Source of the DNA: an uncultured delta proteobacterium
GTDB taxonomy: Bacteria; Desulfobacterota; Binatia; DP-6
Assembly: GCA_963815115.1 (NCBI GenBank)
Contig: CAWFFN010000009.1
Span: 736,001 to 800,000, forward strand
DNA: 64,000 bases
Direction of reading: 5' to 3'
The translations under genes and the position numbers were made by a program. This document shows, piece by piece, positions 29,172 to 38,361 of the stretch. The notes below the pieces were generated by a model. The model was not told the origin of the DNA. It did no database searches and saw nothing but the letters and a program-made list of their open reading frames with translations. How positions within the stretch are numbered: position 1 is the stretch's first letter; the number at the start of each line of letters is the position of its first letter.

Positions 29172-29615
29172 TCAGCGCGGTGTGTACGCGACGAGCACGC
29201 GCTCGCCGGTGCGGAAGCCGTCGCGGAAGCTGTCGGCGTGGCTCGCCCAGCCCTCGGGATACTTCTTGGCGTAGGCCTCCATCAGGCGCTCTTCGAGCTT
29301 GGCATCCTTCACCAGCGCGCCGGTGGCCTCGAAGCTCGGTCCCTCCCGCGCGCCCACGGCGATGCGCGCCCGGGTGCGTCCCGCCTTGATGCGCCGGACG
29401 CGCCAGGACGACGGTCGCGTGCCGACGTAGACCTTGCCGCCGTCGGAGAAGAACCAGATCTCGGACGCGGACCCGAGCTGCCCGCCCTTGCGCTCCGACT
29501 GGATGTAGACGTAGTGCGCCTCGCCCAGGGCCTGCTCGACCTCCGGGGTCAAGCCGGCCCACGCGGTGCAGAGCGCCAGGAGGACGGCACAGCAGGCCAC
29601 GGCGGGTCGGCGCAC
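29172..29615 (-). CDS. Secreted split-barrel (pyridoxamine 5'-phosphate oxidase/DUF2255-like) protein
   Basis: Signal peptide; RK.G....EIWF, SW.V..I and Y.KKY. Confidence 0.6.
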   Translation of the reverse strand: MRRPAVACCAVLLALCTAWAGLTPEVEQALGEAHYVYIQSERKGGQLGSASEIWFFSDGGKVYVGTRPSSWRVRRIKAGRTRARIAVGAREGPSFEATGALVKDAKLEERLMEAYAKKYPEGWASHADSFRDGFRTGERVLVAYTPR

Positions 29616-29725
29616 GCTTGGAACCTAGCGACCGAGGCCCCTGGGTTCAAGGCCATCCTGCTTGACCGCCGGGGCAAACGCGTGCAGCCTTGGCGGCTCT
29701 CACAAGCCAAGGGGGTACTCATCCG

Positions 29726-30571
29726 ATGCGCACGCGATTCGCGGTCGTCACCGTCGTGCTCGGGGTCCTGGCCAGCTACGCGCTGGCGCAGACGCCCGAC
29801 AACGACAAGCTCATCAAGTACTATCGCAAGAAGAACAACGTCCCACCCGCCCAGGCCGTGGCCGTCACCGACCTGAAGGACTCGCCGATCAAGGGCGCCA
29901 AGCAGGGCGTGCTCCAGGTCGGGACCGCGCCGCAGGTGCGCTCGGTGCCGTTCACCATGTCACCCGACGGGCGCTACGTGATCTTCGCCGCCGCCGACGA
30001 CATCACCGTCGATCCGTCGAAGGCCGTGATGGGCAAGATCAACATCAAGGACGAGCCCTTCCGCGGCAACAAGGACGCGAAGGTGACCATCGTCGAGTAC
30101 TCCGACTTCCAGTGCCCGTTCTGCGCCAAGGGCTACACCACCTTCGAGCAGCAGGTGATGAAGGACTACGGGGACAAGGTGAAATTCGTATTCAAGGACT
30201 ACCCGCTGCCGTTCCACCCCTGGGCGGAGCCCGCCGCGATCGCCTCCGAGTGCGCCAAGCAGCAGAAGGTCGACGCCTTCTGGAAGATGTACCACGGCTT
30301 CTTCGACAACCAGAAGGACGTGAACCCCACCAACGTGAAGGACAAGGCGTGGGAGTTCGTTGCGGATCAGGGCCTGGACAAGGCGAAGTTCGACGACTGC
30401 TTCGACAACAAGAAGACGCAGGCGGCGGTGAAGGCCGACGTCGCCGAGGGGCAGTCGGTCGGCGTGACGGGGACGCCCTCGTTCGTGATCAATGGCCGGC
30501 TGCTCGTGGGCGCCCAGCCCTACGAGCAGTTCAAGGCCGTGATCGACGACGAGCTGGCCGCGGCCAAGTGA
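29726..30571 (+). CDS. DsbA/thioredoxin-fold periplasmic oxidoreductase
   Basis: Signal peptide; EYSDFQCPFC and GV.GTPSF.ING. Confidence 0.92.
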   Translation: MRTRFAVVTVVLGVLASYALAQTPDNDKLIKYYRKKNNVPPAQAVAVTDLKDSPIKGAKQGVLQVGTAPQVRSVPFTMSPDGRYVIFAAADDITVDPSKAVMGKINIKDEPFRGNKDAKVTIVEYSDFQCPFCAKGYTTFEQQVMKDYGDKVKFVFKDYPLPFHPWAEPAAIASECAKQQKVDAFWKMYHGFFDNQKDVNPTNVKDKAWEFVADQGLDKAKFDDCFDNKKTQAAVKADVAEGQSVGVTGTPSFVINGRLLVGAQPYEQFKAVIDDELAAAK

Positions 30572-30708
30572 TCTCGAGCTAGCCGAGCGCGCATCCGGGT
30601 GCGGGAGCCGGTCGCGAGACGACGGCCGGCTCCCCGACCCTTCCGCACCGCCGGGTCGCCGGATGCCTTTTCGGAGAGCGCGGCGGTGTGATACGCGCGC
30701 GAGCCGCG

Positions 30709-33234
30709 ATGGCTCGCATTCCCGGCTTCGACCACCAGACGGGCGCATATGTCGACTGCCGGGTGGCCCGCGGCTTTCCGCTCGGCGGTATCGGCGCGGG
30801 CGGTCTGACCCTCCAGACCGACGGCGGGTTCGGGGAGCTGCGCGCCAACAACAACTGGATGTGCCCGGTGCGCGGGCTGCGGGGGGCGTTCCATGCGCTC
30901 CACGTACGCGCCGGCGAGCGCACCGACACGGTCGTCCTGCGACGGACGTGCGACGGCGGCGACGAGTACGCCGGCGCCAGACCGGTGCGTGGCACGACCT
31001 TCGTCGGGACGCTGCCCTCGTGCACGCTCCGCTTCGACGACGAGCTGCCGGTCCGCGTGAGCCTGCACGCCTTCACGCCGCACCTGCCACACGACGTCCG
31101 CGAATCGACCCTGCCCGCCGCCGTCTTCCGCTTCGCGCTCGAGAACCCCGGCCCGGTGGCGGTCGAGGCTTCGATCCTGTTCTCCTTCGAGAACGTGCTC
31201 GGTCGCGGCGGGACGGGTCATCTCGGCGTCGACCTGGGACCCGGCAACGAGCTACGGGGCGTTCACCAGCGCGTCGTCTACGACAGCGTCGCGGGCAACT
31301 GGCAGGAGCCGGTGACGATCGACGGCCGTCCCGGCGTGCGCTTCCTGACCGACCAGCGCTTCGACGCGCGCTCGCACCGCGCCGGCGTGACCGGCGAGTA
31401 CCTGCTGCTCGCCGACCCGCTGCCTGGGGTCGAGGTGACCGTGTGCGACGGCTGGGATGCGGGCGCGCGTGCGGCGAGCGTCCTCGAGGAGTTCGCGCGC
31501 GACGGGCGCGTGTCCTCGCATGCGCCGGGCCGGCGTGGCGAGGACGGCGGCTGGCGCCCCGCCGCCGCCGTGGCGGCGACAACGACGCTCGCGCCGGGAA
31601 GCGACGCGGAGCTGGTCTTCGTCCTCGCGTGGTGGCTGCCGGCCCACGTGACCGAGCCCTCGCTCTGGGGTCACCGCGGCGCGGGCCCGCACGACGGCAC
31701 CCGCGTCGGGCACGTCTACGAGCGCCACTTCCCCTCGATCGACGCGGTCGCGACGCACGCCGTCGCAGAACGCGAGCGCCTCGAAGCGGCCTCCGCGGAG
31801 GTGGGCACGCTGCTCGCCCGGTCCACGCTGCCCGGCTGGCTGGTGCGGGCGATCCGCAACTCCATCGACTCGACGTTGTGCAACAGCGTGGTCCCGGCGA
31901 GCGGCGCGCTCTACACGCTCGAGGGCGTCGACTGGCACTGGCCCATGGGCGGCCTCACCGGCACCAGCGACCAGCGCCTGTCGGCGCATCCCTACACCCA
32001 GACCTTCTTCACCGAGCTCGACCTGCGCGAGCTCGACGAGTTCCGCCGCCTGGCCGACGCGCGTGGCGCCGTGCCGCACGGCAACGGCAACTGCGACCTC
32101 GGCCTCGGCACCACCGAGGTGCCCTACGGCTGGCCCATGGTGATCGAGAGCTTCCTGCCGGCGAAGGAGTGGACGGACCTGACCATGTCGCTCGTCCTCC
32201 AGGTCGGGCGGCTCTGGCGTACGACCGGGCGGCGCGACGTCCTCGAGCGCTTCTGGCCGGCGCTCGCCGCCGGCATGGAGTACCTGCACGGGCTCGCGCC
32301 GCGCGGCGTCCCCGAGGGCGGCACGACGTACGACGTGTGGGATTTCCCGGGCGCCTTCGTCTACAGCGTCACGCTGTACCTGGCGACGCTGCGGACGATG
32401 CGCGCGCTCGCGGCGGCGATCGAGCCGGCGCGCGGCGCCAGCTACGAGGCGCGCTACGCCGCATGCGCGCGCCGCCTCGACGAGGACCTGTGGGATCCGC
32501 GCGGGTTCTTCCGGAGCTCCGAGACCAAGCCCACGATCTTCACCGCCGCGCTGGCCGGCGACTGGGCGGCACGCTGGAGCGGACTCCACCCCGTCGTCGA
32601 CCCCGAGCGGGCCGCCAGCCATCTGCGCCATCAGCACCGCGTGCTGGTAGGTGCCGCGCAGGCCGCGTCGGCCGTGACGCCGGCCTGGCCGTGGTCGGAG
32701 GCCACGGTCGAGGGCACACCCGTCGAGCACCCGATGCGCGGCGGGCTGCCGGCGGGCGAGGAGTTCACCTACGTCTGGCAGGTGGTGTCGTACCAGGCCT
32801 GCGAGCAGCTCTACCTCGGGCTGGTGGAGGACGGGCTCGAGACGCTCCGGCTGTTCTACGATCGGCTGTGGCGCGACGGCCTCGCGTGGAGCGGAGGGCT
32901 CCGCGGCAGCGCGGAATCGATCTACATGACGCACCCGGTGGCCTGGGCGGTGCTGAACGCGCTCACCGGGGCCGCCCTCGACGTCCCGGGACGCACGCTG
33001 CACGTCGCGCCGCGCACCGGTGGCGAGCTCGGCCCGCGGCTCCGCTGCCCCGTCTTCTTCCCGGGCTTCTGGGCGATGCTGGACCACGACCCGACGGGCG
33101 CGACGACCCTGGAGGTGGTGCGCACGTTCGGCGAGCCGGTCGAGATCGCGCGGGTCGCGCGTCCGGGAGCGCCGCCGGCCGACGTTGACGTGATCCGCCT
33201 CGTCCCCGGAGCGCGGCTCGCGCTGCCCGTGTGA
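30709..33234 (+). CDS. Glycoside hydrolase family 116 (GBA2-like glucosylceramidase)
   Basis: GFPLGGIGAG N-terminal motif, H....S.LP...F.F, TTYD.W and LAGDW. Confidence 0.8.
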   Translation: MARIPGFDHQTGAYVDCRVARGFPLGGIGAGGLTLQTDGGFGELRANNNWMCPVRGLRGAFHALHVRAGERTDTVVLRRTCDGGDEYAGARPVRGTTFVGTLPSCTLRFDDELPVRVSLHAFTPHLPHDVRESTLPAAVFRFALENPGPVAVEASILFSFENVLGRGGTGHLGVDLGPGNELRGVHQRVVYDSVAGNWQEPVTIDGRPGVRFLTDQRFDARSHRAGVTGEYLLLADPLPGVEVTVCDGWDAGARAASVLEEFARDGRVSSHAPGRRGEDGGWRPAAAVAATTTLAPGSDAELVFVLAWWLPAHVTEPSLWGHRGAGPHDGTRVGHVYERHFPSIDAVATHAVAERERLEAASAEVGTLLARSTLPGWLVRAIRNSIDSTLCNSVVPASGALYTLEGVDWHWPMGGLTGTSDQRLSAHPYTQTFFTELDLRELDEFRRLADARGAVPHGNGNCDLGLGTTEVPYGWPMVIESFLPAKEWTDLTMSLVLQVGRLWRTTGRRDVLERFWPALAAGMEYLHGLAPRGVPEGGTTYDVWDFPGAFVYSVTLYLATLRTMRALAAAIEPARGASYEARYAACARRLDEDLWDPRGFFRSSETKPTIFTAALAGDWAARWSGLHPVVDPERAASHLRHQHRVLVGAAQAASAVTPAWPWSEATVEGTPVEHPMRGGLPAGEEFTYVWQVVSYQACEQLYLGLVEDGLETLRLFYDRLWRDGLAWSGGLRGSAESIYMTHPVAWAVLNALTGAALDVPGRTLHVAPRTGGELGPRLRCPVFFPGFWAMLDHDPTGATTLEVVRTFGEPVEIARVARPGAPPADVDVIRLVPGARLALPV

Positions 33235-33280
33235 CGGGCTGCTGCTGCACCGTCTCGACCCCGCGTGCTAGAGAACCTCC

Positions 33281-34738
33281 GTGCAGCTCTCGGCCGATGT
33301 CGTCGTGATCGGTAGCGGAGCGGGCGGCGCGCCGGTGGCGGCGACGCTGGCCGAATCGGGCCGGGGCGTCGTCGTGCTCGAAGCCGGCCCGCGTCTGGAG
33401 ACGAACGACTTCACGGGCGACGAGGCCGAGATGACGGCGCGCCTGTGGCGGCTCGCCATGGCCGGGCGCGGGTTGACCCTGTACGCGGGCGCCTGCGTCG
33501 GCGGCTCGACGGTGATCAACGACGCCCTCTGCTTCCGGCCGCCTCCGCGACTGCTCGAGGTGTGGCAGGACTACTATGACCTGCCGGGGCTCGGCGCGGA
33601 GGCGATGGAGCCGTACGTCAACCGCGTCTGGCAGGACATCCACGTCGAGCCCACCGGGCCCGAGCACACCAGCCGCAACGCCGCCCGGCTCGCGCTCGGC
33701 GCCCGGCGTCTCGGATGGATGGCCTCGGCCACCGCACGCAGCGTCCGGAACTGCGCGAACCTGGGCCTGTGCAACTTCGGCTGCCCGACCGGCGCCAAGC
33801 AGTCGACGCTGGTGACCTACGTGCCCCGGGCCGAGAAGGCGGGTGCGATCGTGCTCGCGCGCACGCGCGCCGAGCGCATCCGCGTCGAGGCGGGCGCGGT
33901 GCGCGGCGTGGACGCCGTGCAGCTCGATCCTGCCACCGGCGAGCCCGGGGAGGCCGTCACGATCGACGCGCCGCTCGTCTGCGTGGCGGCGGGCGTGCTG
34001 GCGACGCCGGCGCTGCTGCTGCGCAGCGCGATCCCCGGCGTCACCGGCGACGGCATCGCGTTCCACAGCAGCACGCACGTGACGGCGCGCTTTCCGGAGC
34101 CGGTGAACGGCTTCTACGGCCCCACGATGGGCTTCGCGGTGACGGAGTTCAGCACCCTGCTCGGACCGGCCGGGCCGGGCGTCATGATCGAGAACACCGC
34201 GACGCACCCGCTGTCGACCGCCGCGGCCATCCCGGGATTCGGCGCGGAGCACGCGGCACGCATGGCCGCGCTGCCCTTCCTCGCCAAGGCGCTGGTCCTG
34301 GTGCGCGATTTCGGTCGCGGTCGTGCCGCGGCCGACGGGTCGATCCGCTTCGATCACCACCCCGACGACATCGCGCGCCTCCGCATCGGCATGCACGAGG
34401 CGGCGCGCGCCTATCTCGCCGCCGGTGCCGAGGAGGTCTGGCTGCCGTTGAACGGCTTCCCACCGGTCCGCCGGCTCACGGACCTCGTCCCCCTCGGAGG
34501 CTTCCCCCTCGACGCCAGCGCCTTCACCCTGCTCTATGCCGTGCACCTCTTCGGCGGAGCGGCGATGGGCCGTCGCGGAGCGTGCGACCAGTACGGCCGC
34601 TGCGGCGGAGTCCGCGGGCTGTACGTCACCGACGCGTCGTCTCTTCCGACCAACACGGGCGTCAACCCGCAGATCACCATCATGGCCAACGCGCTCCGCA
34701 TCGCGAGCGGCATCGTCGCCCGCGGACAGCCGACATGA
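33281..34738 (+). CDS. GMC oxidoreductase (FAD)
   Basis: IGSGAGG, VGGSTVIN, C...G.C..GCP.GAK.S and D.S.LPT..GVNPQ.TIMA. Confidence 0.92.
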   Translation: MQLSADVVVIGSGAGGAPVAATLAESGRGVVVLEAGPRLETNDFTGDEAEMTARLWRLAMAGRGLTLYAGACVGGSTVINDALCFRPPPRLLEVWQDYYDLPGLGAEAMEPYVNRVWQDIHVEPTGPEHTSRNAARLALGARRLGWMASATARSVRNCANLGLCNFGCPTGAKQSTLVTYVPRAEKAGAIVLARTRAERIRVEAGAVRGVDAVQLDPATGEPGEAVTIDAPLVCVAAGVLATPALLLRSAIPGVTGDGIAFHSSTHVTARFPEPVNGFYGPTMGFAVTEFSTLLGPAGPGVMIENTATHPLSTAAAIPGFGAEHAARMAALPFLAKALVLVRDFGRGRAAADGSIRFDHHPDDIARLRIGMHEAARAYLAAGAEEVWLPLNGFPPVRRLTDLVPLGGFPLDASAFTLLYAVHLFGGAAMGRRGACDQYGRCGGVRGLYVTDASSLPTNTGVNPQITIMANALRIASGIVARGQPT

Positions 34739-35310
34739 GCTGCGCGTACGATCTTCCGCACGCCGCGGCCGCGCTCGATCGCCGCGCCTTCCTGCGACTC
34801 GCCGGCGCCGCGGCGGCTGCCGGGCTCCTGCCCACCGGCTGCGGGGGCGTGCCCGATACGCTCGCGCCGCCCGCGACGCTCGACCTCGCGGTGCTCTCGC
34901 CGCGCGCCTACGCCACCCTCAACGCGGCCGGCTCGTGCATCGTCGGTCCTCGGGGCGCGGCGCTGATCGAGCGCCGGACGGTGGATGTGGCGGCGCTGGC
35001 GGACCAGCTGCTCTCTCGCAGCCCCGCCCTCGCACGGCCGCTGTCGCAGGGCCTCGCGGTGCTGGAGTACGGCGTCTGGCCCCTGGTGGCGAAGGCGCGG
35101 CCCTTCACGAGCCTGTCCGAGCGGTCCCGGGAGGCCGTGCTCGCCGACCTGGAGCGCTCGCGGCTGGAGACCAAGCGGGCGCTCTTCGCGGGGGTGCGCG
35201 CACTCGTCCTCTCGACCTTCTACGGCTCGCCGGCGACGAGGCTGCTCAGCGGCTATCCCGGGCCGTTCGGATTCGGCGCGGTCACGATCGCCGACGGGAT
35301 GGAAGGCTGA
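34735..35310 (+). CDS. Tat-exported (lipo)protein, gluconate-2-dehydrogenase subunit 3-like partner
   Basis: DRRAFL twin-arginine motif, TGC lipobox, PFT.L....R..VL and FY......SGYPGP; ATGA-coupled to the GMC gene. Confidence 0.7.
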   Translation: MSCAYDLPHAAAALDRRAFLRLAGAAAAAGLLPTGCGGVPDTLAPPATLDLAVLSPRAYATLNAAGSCIVGPRGAALIERRTVDVAALADQLLSRSPALARPLSQGLAVLEYGVWPLVAKARPFTSLSERSREAVLADLERSRLETKRALFAGVRALVLSTFYGSPATRLLSGYPGPFGFGAVTIADGMEG

Positions 35311-35316
35311 GCGCGT

Positions 35317-38235
35317 TCAGCGGCAGCGCACGACCCGGTCGCCGGACGTGGGGGCGCAGGACGCCGGCCCGTAGGCGGACTCGCCACAGCGACCGGTCGT
35401 GGCGGCGGGTGGGTCGAACACCAGCGTGGCGGTGAGCGGCAGCGCGCCGGGGTTCACGGCATAGGTGCCGTTCTTGCCGCTCGCCTTGAACTTGACGAGC
35501 CCGCTCGCCGGCGAGAGCTTGAGAGACATCCGCGTGATGCTGCTCGACAGACCGCTGCGATCGTCGTAGCGCCAGGCGCTCTCGCCGCGGGTCGTCCAGC
35601 CGACACCCGCCGCCGGGTCGAAGCCCGCGGCCAGCGTGGTATCGAGGAAGGGCAGCCCGCCAGCATCCGCGAGCACGAGGCGCACGCCGCGGCCGGTCGG
35701 GTCGATGACCGGACTCGGGCTGATGGGCAGCGTCACTCGACCCGACAGCCGCAGGCGGTCGTCGCCGGGCGGGGCGCCCAGGCGACTCAGCACGAGCCGG
35801 GTGCGCAGGAGCGGGGCCCCTCCGGTGCACGGGTCGATCGGGTTGCAGAGCCCGTCGCCGTCGTCGTCGGACGCGGTCTGACACGTCACCGAGCAGCAGG
35901 CGCTCCCATCGCATGCCTCGCCGGCGTCGATGATGCCGTTGCCGCAGCGGCCGCCCGTGTAGGAGGCGACGAAGGTGGCGCCCGCGGCCGGCGCGGCGAC
36001 GTCGTGCGATGCGGCGCCGCCGTCGGACCACGATACGAAGACGTACGGGTCGCCGGCGAGGGTCTGCGACCCCGGAGCGCTGACGGAGTTGTGCGAGCCG
36101 ACGATGACGTCGCGCGTGAACGGCGTCGCCTGCGCGCTCGGGCCGACGGCCAGGTCGAGTCCCGGGGGCGCGGTGTCGAACGCGAGGGTGGTGACGGCCG
36201 GCTGGAGCTGGACGCTGGTCGTGCTGGTGAGGCCGCCGGCGTCGGTCGCCGTCAGGCGCAGCTCGATCACGGACGGGTACTCGTGGTCGGGAGCGACGAG
36301 GGTGCCGTCGGACACTCCCGAGAGCTCCTCCACGACGTGCTCGTGGCAGGCGAAGCCGGGACAGTGCTGGATGACGATCTGCCAGTGGAGCGCGGACGGC
36401 GGCAGCGTTCCCTGCTCCGGATCGCTGGCGCTGCCGGTGAACGCGATGGCGTCGCCGACGCGCCAGACGAGCGTCGGCGAGGGCGTCGTGATGACCGCCG
36501 CGGGCGGCGTGTTGTCGACGCTCACCGTGAGGGAATCGACGGCGCTCCCCCCGTGGCCGTCGCTCACCTGCAGCCGCACCACGTAGGTGCCCGGAGCGGC
36601 ATAGGTGAACGCCGGGGCGACGTCGGCCGAGTCGTCGAGGTCGCCGTCGCCGTCGAGATCCCACGCGAAGCTGATCACGTCACCGGCGTCCGGATCGCTC
36701 GAGGCCGAGGCGTCGAAGTGCACCAGCAACGGGGACGGTCCGGTGGTGACGTCGGCGTGCGCGACCGCGACCGGCGGCCGGTCGGGGCTGCCGAGGTAGC
36801 GGATGCGGCGCAGGGTTCCGCCGACGAGGTCGACGTAGAAGATGTCGCCGCCGGGTCCGCGTTCGAGGTCGACCGGGTAGGCGGCGTGCGAGGCGAAGGT
36901 CTGGACGGTGGCGGGATCCGGCAGGCCGTCGGCGCCCGCGCGCAGCGTCCAGATGCAGTTGACGGCGTAGTCGGCGAAGAAGAGGGCGTCGCCGTAGTCG
37001 GCGGGATACGTCCCGCCGGCGTAGAAGGAGATGCCGGTGATCGACGACGTGGGCAGGCGGCACGCCGGGTCGCCGGGCTGGTTGCCGTGCGCCCAGGTGA
37101 AGTACGGTTTCACGTCGACGCCCTCGGCGTAGAGGTCCTGGCACACGCCGAGCCCGACGCTCGCATACGCGTCCTGGGGACCGTTGCCCTCGTAGCACGG
37201 CCACCCGAAGTTCGAGAGCTGCAGCCCGGTCGGATCGGCGAGCCGGTCGATCTCTTCCCACTGGTTCCAGCCGACGTCGGCGATCCACAGCTCGCCCGTG
37301 TTCGGGCGTATCGTGATGCGGAAGGGGTTGCGCAGCCCGTAGGCGACGACGCGATCGTCGTCGAGCGCGGCACCACCCCACAGCGGATTGTCGGGAAGAG
37401 CGTCTCCGGTGGCGCGATCGACGCGCAGGATGGCGCCGTTGTACGCGACCGGATCGCCCGGCGTGCGCAGGTCCTGCGCGCGCAGCGCGCCGCCCTGCGC
37501 GCTGGGCGGGCTCATCGCGGCTCCGACGCCGCCCGGCGGATCGCCGCACGGATTGCGCGGCGTGACCGGGTTGGTGGCGTCGGGGAGCGTCCCGCCGTAC
37601 TGCCCCCAGTCGACCCAGCCGAAGCTGGCGCCGTCGCCGGCGCTCACGTAGAGGGCGCCGTCGGGACCGAAGGCGAGATCGCCGACCGAGTGGCTCGGGA
37701 ACTGCTGGCACCAGTTGTTCTCGATGAGTACCCGCTCGTCGCCGACCTGGTGGTTCGCGGCGTCGATCTCGAGCCGCGACAGCCGACCCGTGACGACGCA
37801 CCCGTCGGCGGTGGCGCCGGGATTCGCGGGACAGGAGTCGTCGTCCGGACTGGAGCCCTGGGACGGCCAGTACGGCGCGGTGCCGCCGGGCAGCGCATTG
37901 TGCGTGTAGAGCACGTAGACGTAGGGCGAGGCCGGAAACGCCGGATCGAGCGCCAGGCCGAGCAGCCCGCGGTCCCAGAACGAATGCACGGTGGTGCGCA
38001 GATCGGCGAAGATGGAGGGGACGGGATCGTCGAGCGAGTCGAACACCTTCACGAGCCCGCTCTTCTCGGCGACGAAGATGCGGCCGTCGGGCGCGAAGCG
38101 TACCGCCGTCGGCAGGTAGAAACCGCTGAAGACGACGTCCTCCTGGAAGCCGTCCGGCAGGGTGATGGCGCGCGACGACGACGCGGCCGCAAGCAGGGCA
38201 ACGGCCATCAGGGCGGCCGGCAGGGAGCGCGTCAT
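35317..38235 (-). CDS. Secreted PQQ-dependent sugar dehydrogenase-like beta-propeller with PKD domain, Cys-rich repeat and C-terminal beta domain
   Basis: Signal peptide; DRGLLG, FGPDG.LY.S.GDG, YGLRNPFR, DVG...WEEI; PKD FDAS.SSDPD...WD.DGDG; CGNG..D.GE.CD. Confidence 0.88.
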   Translation of the reverse strand: MTRSLPAALMAVALLAAASSSRAITLPDGFQEDVVFSGFYLPTAVRFAPDGRIFVAEKSGLVKVFDSLDDPVPSIFADLRTTVHSFWDRGLLGLALDPAFPASPYVYVLYTHNALPGGTAPYWPSQGSSPDDDSCPANPGATADGCVVTGRLSRLEIDAANHQVGDERVLIENNWCQQFPSHSVGDLAFGPDGALYVSAGDGASFGWVDWGQYGGTLPDATNPVTPRNPCGDPPGGVGAAMSPPSAQGGALRAQDLRTPGDPVAYNGAILRVDRATGDALPDNPLWGGAALDDDRVVAYGLRNPFRITIRPNTGELWIADVGWNQWEEIDRLADPTGLQLSNFGWPCYEGNGPQDAYASVGLGVCQDLYAEGVDVKPYFTWAHGNQPGDPACRLPTSSITGISFYAGGTYPADYGDALFFADYAVNCIWTLRAGADGLPDPATVQTFASHAAYPVDLERGPGGDIFYVDLVGGTLRRIRYLGSPDRPPVAVAHADVTTGPSPLLVHFDASASSDPDAGDVISFAWDLDGDGDLDDSADVAPAFTYAAPGTYVVRLQVSDGHGGSAVDSLTVSVDNTPPAAVITTPSPTLVWRVGDAIAFTGSASDPEQGTLPPSALHWQIVIQHCPGFACHEHVVEELSGVSDGTLVAPDHEYPSVIELRLTATDAGGLTSTTSVQLQPAVTTLAFDTAPPGLDLAVGPSAQATPFTRDVIVGSHNSVSAPGSQTLAGDPYVFVSWSDGGAASHDVAAPAAGATFVASYTGGRCGNGIIDAGEACDGSACCSVTCQTASDDDGDGLCNPIDPCTGGAPLLRTRLVLSRLGAPPGDDRLRLSGRVTLPISPSPVIDPTGRGVRLVLADAGGLPFLDTTLAAGFDPAAGVGWTTRGESAWRYDDRSGLSSSITRMSLKLSPASGLVKFKASGKNGTYAVNPGALPLTATLVFDPPAATTGRCGESAYGPASCAPTSGDRVVRCR

Positions 38236-38361
38236 CTACGGATACGTCAGCGAGTCCAGCGAGCGAGGGTATACAAAGACATCCAACCGGTATGACGCAA
38301 GGATTTGGAGCCATGGGTCGTGCGCGGCGAAGCCTTCCGCGCAGGTGCCAAGGCCTCCCGC

